Source: an uncultured candidatus Porisulfidus sp. (GTDB lineage: Bacteria; Pseudomonadota; Gammaproteobacteria; Poriferisulfidales; Poriferisulfidaceae). From it: DNA of 64,000 nt. Positions 50,905 through 63,969 of this stretch are shown piece by piece. Every line of letters begins with the position of its first letter. The first letter of the stretch is position 1. The stretch is taken from the NCBI GenBank assembly GCA_965204575.1, contig OZ241993.1, positions 480,001 through 544,000 on the forward strand, written 5' to 3'. A program made the position numbers and the translations under genes. The notes under the pieces are model-generated. The model was not told the DNA's origin and did not search any database. It saw only the letters and a program-made list of their open reading frames with translations.

Positions 50905-51300
50905 TCAGCGGTTTGGCAGCACCTGGATTTCCGGACACCGCAAAAGCCGCGAGTCCGCGGTAACCAGCCTGAAATCAAAGACTTTGGCGGTCGCGACAAT
51001 GAATCGGTCGGCCGGGTCCTGATGGTCAAGGACAATGTTGCGGCTGGCTGCCGCGACATCGAAAGTGATCGGCGCTTCCATGACAGGGGACGCCTTCATG
51101 GCCTTGTCCAACCAACCCGAGGGGTCGCGGTCAAGCGTGATGCGGCCGCGCTCGGCAAGCATCAGGGTTTCCCACAGGCTGATCGGAGAAAGTCGCAACG
51201 CCGTCGTTTCCGTGGCGAGTGCCTGCTTGACCTGTTCGGTCAGCCGATGCGGCTCAAGCAGCCCCCACAACCAGATGTGCGTGTCGAGAAGGAGGGCCAT
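50905..51300 (-). CDS. VapC PIN-domain toxin
   Basis: LLDTHIWLW, SPISLWE, HQDPADR, VTAD. Confidence 0.9.
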   Translation of the reverse strand: MALLLDTHIWLWGLLEPHRLTEQVKQALATETTALRLSPISLWETLMLAERGRITLDRDPSGWLDKAMKASPVMEAPITFDVAAASRNIVLDHQDPADRFIVATAKVFDFRLVTADSRLLRCPEIQVLPNR

Positions 51301-51303
51301 TTG

Positions 51304-51540
51304 TTATCCGAGCGCCTCCCAATCCGATGCTTCTGCTGCGGGAGCGATGAGATCGTCGTGAATCTCGCCGGAACCCTCCATGGCGCCGAGCCAGTCGCCG
51401 GCCGGGCCCGGCGGCAGTGGAAGAATTCGGGCAAGCGGCTTGCCAAGGCGGGTGACGAGAACCGGTTCTCCCGTCTTTGCGACCCGGTCGAGAACCGATA
51501 GGCAAGTGGCCTTAAATTTCGAGATTTGCATTTCAATCAT
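51304..51540 (-). CDS. Phd/YefM antitoxin
   Basis: ISKFKATCLSVLDRV..TGEPVLVTR.GKPLA. Confidence 0.9.
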   Translation of the reverse strand: MIEMQISKFKATCLSVLDRVAKTGEPVLVTRLGKPLARILPLPPGPAGDWLGAMEGSGEIHDDLIAPAAEASDWEALG

Positions 51541-51546
51541 GTGTAT

Positions 51547-51575
51547 ATAATACCATAGTCAACGACTATGGTCAA
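51547..51575 (-). promoter_or_regulatory. phd-vapC promoter with palindromic operator
   Basis: TTGACC-17-TATTAT-6-ATG. Palindrome accatagtc-aac-gactatggt at 51552-51572. Confidence 0.75.
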
Positions 51576-51699
51576 TTCTATGGGTGCGGCGCCGACAGGC
51601 GGAAATCCTCAATATATTCGCATTGAAAAAAGCACCGGACTTGCCCGCCAGCATGTTTTCAGGCAAAATTATCGGCTGTTTCCCTCTTTATCTCCCTTC

Positions 51700-52449
51700 A
51701 TGCGACCGCGCCTTCTCCCCCTGTTACTGTGCTTCGGCCTGGTCGGCGGGTGCGGCATCGGCCTGGACGACCTCGACTTGTCGGCGATCGACATCGGACT
51801 CGGCGAGGATGCCGGCGACAACGTAATTGAGGCCGGCGCGAAGCATTTCGTTTCCTGCAATCTCGGCCAGGAATGCGATTACTTGTGGCAGCAGGCTCGG
51901 CTCTGGCTGGATCAGAACGCCCGTTTCTCCGTCGAACTGAAGAACGAGGTCACCCTGACTGCTTTCAGCCCGGCGCCTGACCGATACCGCGACGAGTTCC
52001 AGTACCGGGTTACGAAAATCGCGCACCAAGGCGGTGTTGCCACCCTCCAGGTGGAAGCATTTTGCTCGGATACAGAAGCTTGCGGGTTCGCACCGGTTGA
52101 ACAGGTCTACAAAATCAACGAATTCCTGCGCAACCACAAGCGCGCGCTGAATGAAGGCATGGTCGAACTGGAGAGATACGACGAACCGGAACTGCCCCGC
52201 GCCACGGCTCCGGCCGGCGAGGAAACCGATGGCGTGCTCTCCGACATCTCGCTGGAGAAGGAATATCGCCGCGGCCAGTTCCACAGCCAGGCCCAGGACG
52301 CGCTGGTCGGCGCGGGCTGCCTGAAACAAAGCAAAATGTCGCTACTTAAATCCGATGGCGGTGAAGATTTATATGAAGTCAGCTGCCTGACCGGAATCCG
52401 TCACGTCGTCTTTCGCTGCACCCGGGACGGGTGCTCGGTTCTCCAGTAA
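51700..52449 (+). CDS. Cys-rich lipoprotein of unknown function
   Basis: Lipobox-like LVGG-C after a hydrophobic leader, several Cys pairs. Confidence 0.7.
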   Translation: MRPRLLPLLLCFGLVGGCGIGLDDLDLSAIDIGLGEDAGDNVIEAGAKHFVSCNLGQECDYLWQQARLWLDQNARFSVELKNEVTLTAFSPAPDRYRDEFQYRVTKIAHQGGVATLQVEAFCSDTEACGFAPVEQVYKINEFLRNHKRALNEGMVELERYDEPELPRATAPAGEETDGVLSDISLEKEYRRGQFHSQAQDALVGAGCLKQSKMSLLKSDGGEDLYEVSCLTGIRHVVFRCTRDGCSVLQ

Positions 52450-52478
52450 GTCCGCCTCCGGCAGGCCCGCCGGACTTA
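52447..52478. terminator. Hairpin between convergent genes
   Basis: taagtccg...cggactta. Confidence 0.45.
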
Positions 52479-53240
52479 GCTGAACTCCGCCACCACGGGA
52501 GTGTGGTCCGAAGGACGCTCCCAGCGACGCGGAGTTTTGTCGATATGGCAAGCCGTGCAAAGCGCCGCGGCAGCCGGGCTGGCGAGAATCAGGTCAATGC
52601 GCAGTCCGATGTTGCGGCGGAATGCTCCCTGCCGGTAGTCCCACCAGCTGAAACTGTCCGGTTCTTGTTCGAATCGCCTGAAACAGTCTTCGAAGCCTAT
52701 TTCCTTGATCGTTGCCAATGCTTCGCGTTCCGGCGTCGAGCACAGGATCCGTTCCCGCCAAAGATCCGGGTCGTGCACGTCTTCATCTGCGGGCGCGATA
52801 TTGAAATCGCCCAGGATCAGGTAACGCCCATGCTTCTGCAAATCTAGCGCAACGAACTCGGCCACTTTCGCCAGCCAGTGAAGTTTGTGATCGTACTTGG
52901 GGTCGCCGACATCCCTTCCATTGACGACATACAGGTTGAGAATTCGCCATCCGTCGGCCGTCACGCCCAGGATCCTGCGGTCCGGATCATCCAATCCCGG
53001 GATGTCGGTCGTGACCCCCGTGACCGGCTGTCTCGTCAACACGGCGACGCCGTTGTAGGTTTTCTGGCCGGTGAAAGTTGACTCATATCCGGCCTGCCCG
53101 ATCTCCTCGCACGGAAAATCCGCATCCACCACCTTGGTTTCCTGCAGGCACAAGACATCAATCGGATTGTCTTGCAACCAATCCAGCACGTGTGGCAAGC
53201 GTACCCGCAGCGAGTTGACGTTCCAGGTTGCGACCTTCAT
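52476..53240 (-). CDS. xth: Exodeoxyribonuclease III
   Basis: MKVATWNVNS, LQETK, YNGVA, GDFNIA, FSWWDYR, SDH.PV. Confidence 0.95.
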   Translation of the reverse strand: MKVATWNVNSLRVRLPHVLDWLQDNPIDVLCLQETKVVDADFPCEEIGQAGYESTFTGQKTYNGVAVLTRQPVTGVTTDIPGLDDPDRRILGVTADGWRILNLYVVNGRDVGDPKYDHKLHWLAKVAEFVALDLQKHGRYLILGDFNIAPADEDVHDPDLWRERILCSTPEREALATIKEIGFEDCFRRFEQEPDSFSWWDYRQGAFRRNIGLRIDLILASPAAAALCTACHIDKTPRRWERPSDHTPVVAEFS

Positions 53241-55276
53241 GCCGCCAAACCCATCTGCTTCAATAACGCGCTTGGGCTTGGCGGGCGCCCCCGGAATGCC
53301 TCGAACATCTCGGCTGCCGATCGCACGCCGCCCGCAGAGAGGACGCAGTCCGCAAAGCGTTTTGCGGTCGCCTTGTTGAACAGGCCTTCTTCCTGGAAGG
53401 CCGCGTAGGTGTCCCCGGAAAGCACTTCTGCCCACTTGTAACTGTAATAGCCTGCCGTATAGCCGCCGGAGAAAATGTGTTCGAAGCTGTGCGCGGTTCG
53501 GACGAATTCCGGCGTTTCCATTATGTCGATCTCACGGCGGACTTCAGCTAGCAGTTTCTCAACCTGCGCGCCATCTTCCGGCCGGTATTCCAGATGCAGC
53601 CGGAAATCGAACAGCGCGAATTCCAGTTGGCGCATCAGGTCTAGGCCCGCATTGAAAATCCGGCTGTCGCGCAGACGCTCCGCCATGTCTTCCGGCAACG
53701 GTTGCCCGGTTTGGTAATGCCGGGCAAAGCGATTCAGCACTTCGGGTTCCCAGCACCAGTTCTCCATCCATTGGCTGGGCCACTCAACCGCATCCCACTC
53801 TACTCCCTCGATTCCGGAAACTCCGGCGCAATCGACCCGGGTCAGCATGTGATGCAGGCCATGCCCGAATTCGTGGAACAGGGTGACGACGTCCGTGTGC
53901 CCGAACAGCGCCGGCGTATCGGCCGTTGGCGGCGAACCATTGCAAGTCAGGTAGGCTACGGCCGGCTGTGTGCCCGTCCCGCAACGGCGGCGGTGAGCGC
54001 AGGTTCCCATCCAGGCTCCCCCGTGCTTGTGCGGGCGAGCGTATGGATCCAGGTAGAACTGCCCCAGAAGCTCCCCGTGCACATCATGGATTTCGTAGAA
54101 CCTTACGTCCGGGTTCCAGACCTCCACGTCGTCGCGTTGGGAAATCTTCAATTGGAAAAGGTCTGCGGCAAGGTCCAGCATTCCTTGGATCGTCGCGTCC
54201 GCGACAAAAAACGGCTTGAGCTCCGCTTCCCGCAAGCCGTACCGGCTGATTCGGAGGCGTTCTCTAACCCAAGCCTGATCCCAACGCTGCATGTCCTCCA
54301 GCCCTAATTCATTTTGAGCAAACTCCCGGAGTTCCCCCCATTCATTTTTAGCCTGTTCTCGGGCGCGTCCCATTAAGTCATAGAGAAAATCCAGCACCTG
54401 CGAGGGGGTTTCAGCCATTCGCGTAGCCAAGGCGTGGTCTGAAATAGTGTCGAAATCAATTAATTGTGCCTGCTCATGGCGTAAACGGAGAATTTGCTCA
54501 ATCAAGTCGGTATTGTCGTACTTTCCGGCGTGGGGGCCCTGGTCCGATGCACGGGTCGTATATGCCACATAAACCTCGTAACGGAGGTCCCGATCATCCG
54601 CATAGGCAAGAATTGCCTGTACGCTAGGAGGCATAAGGCTGATCCGCCAGCCATCCAGGCCGTGTGCCTCGGCATCCGCACGCAGCATTTCCCGGTGAGG
54701 GGGCGGCACGCCCTCCAAACGCTCATCTTCCCCAAGCACCAGTGACCAGGCGCCAGTCGCATCGGTAACATTGTCTGTAAAGCGGGCGCAACAGGCTGCC
54801 AGTTCCTGCTCGATCTCCGCAAAACGCTTCTTTTTCTCTTCTGGCAGGTGAACACCCCCCAGCCGATAATCTCTCAGGGCGAGAATGACCTCCTTCTGGC
54901 GCGGCGCCGACAAATCCGACCAGGCATCACTTTCGCGAAGTTTCTTGAAATGCAAATATAATTCCTTATTATGCAATAATTCTGTGCTATATTCCGTTAT
55001 TTTCTGCAAACATGTATTATAGGACTCCCTCCATTCGGGGCTGTCGCAGACCGCGCGAAGGTGCTGGACCGGGGAAAACGCTTCTTCGAGCCGGCTTCCC
55101 ATCTCCTCCAGGGGAAGCAGCAACGAGACTTCGTCCGGAGAATCCGGATTCAGGTCTTTAATCCGAGCCCGGTTATCGGCAAGAATCGATTCGATCGCCG
55201 GGCATGCATGTTCCGGAAGAATCCGGCCGAACGCCGGCAGCGACCGCGCCTCCAGAAGGGGGTTGGCCGAGTCCAT
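53237..55276 (-). CDS. prlC: Oligopeptidase A (M3 family)
   Basis: TLFHEFGHGLHH, WDAVE.PSQ.MENW, AGYYSYKWAEVL. Confidence 0.94.
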   Translation of the reverse strand: MDSANPLLEARSLPAFGRILPEHACPAIESILADNRARIKDLNPDSPDEVSLLLPLEEMGSRLEEAFSPVQHLRAVCDSPEWRESYNTCLQKITEYSTELLHNKELYLHFKKLRESDAWSDLSAPRQKEVILALRDYRLGGVHLPEEKKKRFAEIEQELAACCARFTDNVTDATGAWSLVLGEDERLEGVPPPHREMLRADAEAHGLDGWRISLMPPSVQAILAYADDRDLRYEVYVAYTTRASDQGPHAGKYDNTDLIEQILRLRHEQAQLIDFDTISDHALATRMAETPSQVLDFLYDLMGRAREQAKNEWGELREFAQNELGLEDMQRWDQAWVRERLRISRYGLREAELKPFFVADATIQGMLDLAADLFQLKISQRDDVEVWNPDVRFYEIHDVHGELLGQFYLDPYARPHKHGGAWMGTCAHRRRCGTGTQPAVAYLTCNGSPPTADTPALFGHTDVVTLFHEFGHGLHHMLTRVDCAGVSGIEGVEWDAVEWPSQWMENWCWEPEVLNRFARHYQTGQPLPEDMAERLRDSRIFNAGLDLMRQLEFALFDFRLHLEYRPEDGAQVEKLLAEVRREIDIMETPEFVRTAHSFEHIFSGGYTAGYYSYKWAEVLSGDTYAAFQEEGLFNKATAKRFADCVLSAGGVRSAAEMFEAFRGRPPSPSALLKQMGLAA

Positions 55277-55281
55277 TCTCT

Positions 55282-58810
<3,529 letters not shown>

Positions 58811-58815
58811 GGAGT

Positions 58816-59973
58816 TCAGGCCTTCATCGGCATGATGATATGTTTGCTGCTTCCCTCCGCGGGGGTGATCAACATACTGCTGTTCCCGTCATTCACCGCC
58901 AGCACGGCGTTAGAGCCGCCCAAGGCTTGGAGTGAATCTATCAAGTATTTGATATTTATAGATATTTTTACTTCTTCTTCTGCGCCGTCATCCCGATCGA
59001 TCTTCATTTCAACTTGTTCTTCGCCGGTATCGCCCTTGTTGTTCCTAGCGCCGATTTCAAGGTTTTCGCTGTCCTTGAACGTGAGGATAACCGCTTGCGT
59101 CAATTCGTCCGTGACCGGAATGATTCGTTCTGCGGCTTTGATCAACGCTTCCCGGCTGATTTCGGCCCGCAATTTCCGTTCCGCCGGCACCACTCCCCGG
59201 TAATCAGGGTATTTTCCGTCCACCAGCATCGTGTGGAATGCGCATCGGTCCCCGGACAGCTCCAGCCTCAAGTGGTTTCCGGCCAGATGAAGGACCAGGT
59301 CCTGTTCCTGATCAGTCAGGATCTTGGTTAATTCTTCCACTCCCTTGCTGGGAATGATCGGCTGTACCGGCTCCTCCACCCCCGTCTGGATCGCGTGCTC
59401 GGCGACAGCCATGCGGTGCCCGTCCGTCGCGACCGCGGTCACCGAGTCGGGGCCGACATCAAGCAAAACCCCCAGCAGGTAATACCGCATATCATTCTGG
59501 GCCATCGCATATCGGACACTGGAAAGCAGCGAGCGGAGGATGTTCTCAGGCAGGGAAAGTTCGTACTCGTCGTCCTGGGAAGTAATCCCCGGGAACTCGT
59601 TCGCATCCACGACGACCAGTTTGTAGCGGCTGCGTCCATGCGAAACGTTCATGGCCTTGCCGTCTCTCTCGAGCTCAAAGCAAATCTTTGCATCGGCAGA
59701 GAATCGAGAACAGATGTGTAGAAGAGTCGAGGCCGGTACGGTGCAGGGCTTCAGGTCCTCGCCCTCGACCGGGATGTGGAATGCCAGGCGCAAGGTGTTG
59801 TCGGTCGCGGTGAACCGCACGCCGCCCTTCTCCGGCTCGATCAAGATGCTCGCCACTGCATTGACGGCATCGGTACCCGACACAGACGCATTTAGAGACG
59901 CTACGTCCGGCGCAGTGCTCGCCAGCTTCCGGAGCGGATCAACGAGTGCCTGCTGTTCAATAGTGAATTTCAT
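58816..59973 (-). CDS. dnaN: DNA polymerase III beta clamp
   Basis: MKFTI, ATD, AMA.ND.RYYL.G, VATDGHRMA, DGKYPDY..V.P, IIMPM. Confidence 0.94.
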   Translation of the reverse strand: MKFTIEQQALVDPLRKLASTAPDVASLNASVSGTDAVNAVASILIEPEKGGVRFTATDNTLRLAFHIPVEGEDLKPCTVPASTLLHICSRFSADAKICFELERDGKAMNVSHGRSRYKLVVVDANEFPGITSQDDEYELSLPENILRSLLSSVRYAMAQNDMRYYLLGVLLDVGPDSVTAVATDGHRMAVAEHAIQTGVEEPVQPIIPSKGVEELTKILTDQEQDLVLHLAGNHLRLELSGDRCAFHTMLVDGKYPDYRGVVPAERKLRAEISREALIKAAERIIPVTDELTQAVILTFKDSENLEIGARNNKGDTGEEQVEMKIDRDDGAEEEVKISINIKYLIDSLQALGGSNAVLAVNDGNSSMLITPAEGSSKHIIMPMKA

Positions 59974-60171
59974 AATTTAAATTTACTGTTATTAGTGTTG
60001 GCCAAAGTCGTGGAAAACCCAGATAATTATAGACGAATCAACTAATTATACAATTCATGGCACGTGGAGAACAATGGTTAGGCTTGGGTTAAAGCAGGAG
60101 TTCAGGCTGATGGTTCACAATTGTCCGTGGTTTGTTCGCAGGTCATCCACAAAACTATATTCTAGCCCTGT
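59974..60171. other. Probable oriC
   Basis: AT-rich. DnaA-box-like 9-mers at 60009-60017, 60063-60071, 60132-60140 and 60143-60151 (TCATCCACA). Perfect IHF consensus AATCAACTAATTA at 60036-60048. GGCC plus a trio-like tract next to dnaN. Confidence 0.6.
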
Positions 60172-61515
60172 TCAGCTGAGTAGCTTCCGCTTGAGATTCC
60201 GATAGTCAGCCTGGGTCTGCTCATCGTTCTCGTCCAGCCGCTTTTGGATCTTCTGGCAGGCGTACAGGACGGTGGAATGATCTCGGCCCCCGAAGGACTC
60301 GCCGATGCTGGCCAGACTCATCTGCGTCAGTTCATGCAGCAGCTTCATGGCCATCTGCCGGGGCAAGGCGATCGCTTGAGGGCGGCGCTGGGAGTCGAGC
60401 TCCTCTTTTGTCACGTCGTAGTAGGTGGCCACGGCAGACTTGATTTGGTTCGCATTGAGGAGGCGGTCCCGCACGGGGACGATGTCGCGCAGACAGTGGC
60501 GGGCGAAATCCACGTCGATCTCCTGCCTTCCGACATTGGCCTGCATGATGACGCGGGACAGCGCGCTTTCCAGTTCGCGTACGCTGCCGACGGTCTTCTC
60601 CGCAATAAACCAGGCGACCTTGTTGGGAAGATCAATGCCGCGTTGCTCCGCCTTGCTGAGAAGGATCGCCGCGCGGGTTTCCGTGCTGGGCGGATCGATC
60701 GCGCAGTACATGCCGCCGCCGAGGCGCGACTTCAGCCGGTCTTCCATCCCCTCGATCTCCTTGGGGTAGCGGTCGCAGGTGACGACGATCTGGCGTTGCC
60801 GGCCGGTCAGCGCATTGAACGTGTGGAAGAACTCGTCTTGCGAGCGCTCCTTGCCGGCCAGAAACTGGATGTCATCGATCAGGAGCACATCGACGGAACG
60901 GTAATACGCCTTGAAAGAGTCAATCCGGTTGTGCTGGAGCGCGCTGATCAGGCTTTGCACGAACTGCTCGCAATGCAGGTAGACCACGCTGGTGCTCGGC
61001 TGGTTCTGCAGAATCGCATGGCCGATCGCCTGCATCAGGTGGGTCTTTCCGAGGCCAACCCCGCCATAGATCAGGTAGGGGTTGTAGTCATCGTTTCCGG
61101 CCTGCAGAGAGACCAGCTCGGCTGTCGCGTACGCTAGCTCGTTGGAGTGGCCGCGGACGAATTTGTCGAAGGTGAACTTCGGCAACAGGCGGTCCGAGTA
61201 ATTGAGGTCGATACCGAAATCGGGTGCGCGCGTCTCGGTCTTTTGGGGGAGAGAAGGGGGGCTCTCGGTTGAAACAGACTGGGTGCCCACGCGAAGGTCG
61301 ATGCTCAGGTCTTCACTGGCAAGCGCCCGGACGTAATTCTCGATCCGGTCCATGAAGCGGTTGCGGACCTGCTGGAGCAGCACCATGTTGGGTGCCAGGA
61401 GCAGGAGAGAGGTCGGAGATTCTTCGGCGTGCAGCGGGCGAACGAAAGTATTGATGTCCTGCTCAGTCAGTTCTGCTTCCAGGTGACGAAGGCAGCCTTG
61501 CCAGATTGCGGACAC
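60172..61515 (-). CDS. dnaA: Chromosomal replication initiator DnaA
   Basis: YNP..IYGGVGLGKTHL, LIDDIQF, EFFHTFN, RQMAM.L, FGGRDHSTV. Confidence 0.97.
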   Translation of the reverse strand: MSAIWQGCLRHLEAELTEQDINTFVRPLHAEESPTSLLLLAPNMVLLQQVRNRFMDRIENYVRALASEDLSIDLRVGTQSVSTESPPSLPQKTETRAPDFGIDLNYSDRLLPKFTFDKFVRGHSNELAYATAELVSLQAGNDDYNPYLIYGGVGLGKTHLMQAIGHAILQNQPSTSVVYLHCEQFVQSLISALQHNRIDSFKAYYRSVDVLLIDDIQFLAGKERSQDEFFHTFNALTGRQRQIVVTCDRYPKEIEGMEDRLKSRLGGGMYCAIDPPSTETRAAILLSKAEQRGIDLPNKVAWFIAEKTVGSVRELESALSRVIMQANVGRQEIDVDFARHCLRDIVPVRDRLLNANQIKSAVATYYDVTKEELDSQRRPQAIALPRQMAMKLLHELTQMSLASIGESFGGRDHSTVLYACQKIQKRLDENDEQTQADYRNLKRKLLS

Positions 61516-61714
61516 GATATCCCCTCGATTGTTGTTGTCATAATTCCGGCTTCAGGTCCGAAAGAAGCCGGGGGGACAAGAGACTATACCGAACCGAAAA
61601 AGGCGGTTTCAGAAGTATTGGATATTCCAGCGAGATTAAAATTCACCGGCGAAAAGCCTGTCCGTATCTAGTTGATTTATATCGTAAAGATTTAGAATAT
61701 AGATAACCCTTTGA

Positions 61715-62200
61715 TTATGGCAGGATTTCGATTGGTGTGCCCAATTCCACCAGGTCCCAGACCTCCCGCATGTGGGGATTGCTGATCGCGATGCAGCCGT
61801 CGGTCCAGTTTGGCCCATCGAACATCAGCAGGTTCCGTTTCTCGAGAGTGGGCATGCCGTGGATCATGATGTCGCCGCCGGGGGGCTGTCCGGCCGCTTC
61901 TGCCGCGGCGCGGTCGGTTTCGTTGGGATAGGAGATGCGCAGGGCGCGGTAGAAACGACTCTGCCGCTTTCGCTCGTGCAGCACGTAGCGCCCCTCGGGG
62001 GTCCGCCTGTCTCCCTGGTGCCGCTTGTGGCCAACCGGATTGCCGCCCAGGTAAATGGGGAACTGGCGAACCACTCGCGTCCCGACCATCAGTTGCAAGA
62101 GCCCGTCGGACTTCCGCACGACAACCCGGTCGACCGGGCTGGCTGCATGCGCCGCGGCAATTCCGAAAGCCAGGATCGCCGCGAGCAGGCCCGGTTTCAT
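61715..62200 (-). CDS. L,D-transpeptidase (YkuD) family protein
   Basis: GDRRTPEG.Y, ISYPN, IMIHG...WTDGCIA. Confidence 0.9.
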   Translation of the reverse strand: MKPGLLAAILAFGIAAAHAASPVDRVVVRKSDGLLQLMVGTRVVRQFPIYLGGNPVGHKRHQGDRRTPEGRYVLHERKRQSRFYRALRISYPNETDRAAAEAAGQPPGGDIMIHGMPTLEKRNLLMFDGPNWTDGCIAISNPHMREVWDLVELGTPIEILP

Positions 62201-63054
62201 CGGGCGCCCCCTTCGTCTGGAGGGGAAGGCATGGGCCCGACCAGAAGAGCCGGGTCGACCCGGACGTCGAACCAGTTCATCCGCCAGTCCAGATGCGGGC
62301 CGGTGGAGCGCCCGCTGGATCCGACCCGGCCGATTTGCTCGCCGGCCGCGACGGTTTGGCCGACGACGACATCAATGTCCTGAAGGTGCAGAAAAGTTGA
62401 AGACACGCCGAGGCCATGATCCAGAATAAGAGTTGCGCCAGTGTAATACATGTCCGGATGCGCGAGCGTGACTTGTCCGGAAGCGGGCGCGAGCACAGGG
62501 GTGCCGGCCGGCGCCGCGATGTCGATCCCGTAGTGCGGGTTGCGCGGTTCGCCATTGAGGACCCGGCGGCTTCCATAGACACCGGTAATGATGCCGGCGA
62601 CAGGCCAGCGGAAAGGCTCCAAGAAGCCCCGGAACGCACTGTGCACGGAGCGGGCCCCCCTGACCTCAGCCTGGTCGCGCTTGATTCGCGCCAAGTCTTC
62701 CGGATTCGGTGTCACCATTTTTTTGGGAAGGCCCTTGATGTGCTGGGTCTGGTACTCACGCGCCTTGATGGCGAGAGTCCGCTCGAAGACGGAGGAGGAA
62801 CCGCTTATCCGCAGGACGGCCTGCGGGGAGTGTTCTCGCCCGAAGCCGATAACAAAACGTCCGTCTTCGGTTGTTGCCACCGCCTTGCCGTCCAGTGTTA
62901 CCGTTTGGCCGGGCTCGATCTGCCCGCGAACGAGCCCGCCCTGGATTAACGAGCCATCAAGAACGACATCCATGGCGTTTACGGCTGTGATGCATAAGGG
63001 CAGCAGTCCGGCAACTGAGAAGCATACGGCAAGAAATCGCGGCCTCATATCCAA
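62197..63054 (-). CDS. M23 family metallopeptidase
   Basis: HYGIDIAAPAGTPV, DHG.G..S.F.HL, GRSTGPHLDW. Confidence 0.92.
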   Translation of the reverse strand: MDMRPRFLAVCFSVAGLLPLCITAVNAMDVVLDGSLIQGGLVRGQIEPGQTVTLDGKAVATTEDGRFVIGFGREHSPQAVLRISGSSSVFERTLAIKAREYQTQHIKGLPKKMVTPNPEDLARIKRDQAEVRGARSVHSAFRGFLEPFRWPVAGIITGVYGSRRVLNGEPRNPHYGIDIAAPAGTPVLAPASGQVTLAHPDMYYTGATLILDHGLGVSSTFLHLQDIDVVVGQTVAAGEQIGRVGSSGRSTGPHLDWRMNWFDVRVDPALLVGPMPSPPDEGGAR

Positions 63055-63114
63055 AGTAAAGTATAGGGGAGGCTCAATTTTACTCCGGCCACGGATTACA
63101 CATGCTCGGTTCCG

Positions 63115-63915
63115 ATGCTTGATTTGTCACCCAGCCTGGAAGTGACCGGCGATGACCTTCGCCAAGAAGGCGAGAGCCTTGCGCGGTTGCCGGGAACATG
63201 GGACGTCTTCGTTGCGCATTTGGGCGATCAGACCGCGGAAAGTTTCGTGCAGGACTGCGTGCGCGTGCGGCAGTTCGGCCACCGGCCGGTTCCGCACCTG
63301 ACGGCGCGGCGCTACCGGAATCCCGAGCGGTTGGCGGAAACGCTCCAGTTCCTGAGAGACGGGGCGGCGGCGCGGGAAGCGTTGATTTTGGCTGGCGACG
63401 CGGAACCCGCCGGCTCGCTGAAAGACAGCCTCGATGTGGTGAATTCCGGGGTGCTTGAGCAGAGTGGATTTGAGCGAGTATGGTTCTCCGGCTATCCCGA
63501 AGGACACCCGAAAATCAGCGGAGACCACTTGGCAGGCGCGTGGAAGAAAAAACGTGAATGGTCGGAGTCCTGCCAGATTCCGATTGGCGTGGTCACGCAG
63601 TTCGCGAAAGACCCTGAAACTTCGGTGGAGTGGTGCCGGAGGCAGGGATTTGCCGATCAGGGGGTCGGGGTGCGAATCAGCCGGTTTCTGTTTGCGCGCC
63701 CGGAAATCCTGGCGGATCTCGCGAGGCTGGCAGGGATGCCGGCGTTTCTGCAGATGGTCCGGGAGTCGGGTGGCGCCCCCTATGTCCGCGGCCCGGGCGC
63801 AACGGGAGGAAAAGAGCCGGCACTGCCGCTTTGCGCGCCCCATTACATGGCCCTGGGCGCCTTGGGCCAGACCATTGCGGAATTGATCGAACTTTTCGGG
63901 GGAGGGGGGGACTAA
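63115..63915 (+). CDS. Divergent methylenetetrahydrofolate reductase (MetF)-like protein
   Basis: PVPHLTARR, LILAGD, GYPEGHP, VTQF. The C-terminal third is poorly recognisable. Confidence 0.7.
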   Translation: MLDLSPSLEVTGDDLRQEGESLARLPGTWDVFVAHLGDQTAESFVQDCVRVRQFGHRPVPHLTARRYRNPERLAETLQFLRDGAAAREALILAGDAEPAGSLKDSLDVVNSGVLEQSGFERVWFSGYPEGHPKISGDHLAGAWKKKREWSESCQIPIGVVTQFAKDPETSVEWCRRQGFADQGVGVRISRFLFARPEILADLARLAGMPAFLQMVRESGGAPYVRGPGATGGKEPALPLCAPHYMALGALGQTIAELIELFGGGGD

Positions 63916-63969
63916 CTTTAAGTAGAATGGCAGCAATGCTGGCCGTCGCAGAACACCAAGGAGGCTGTA

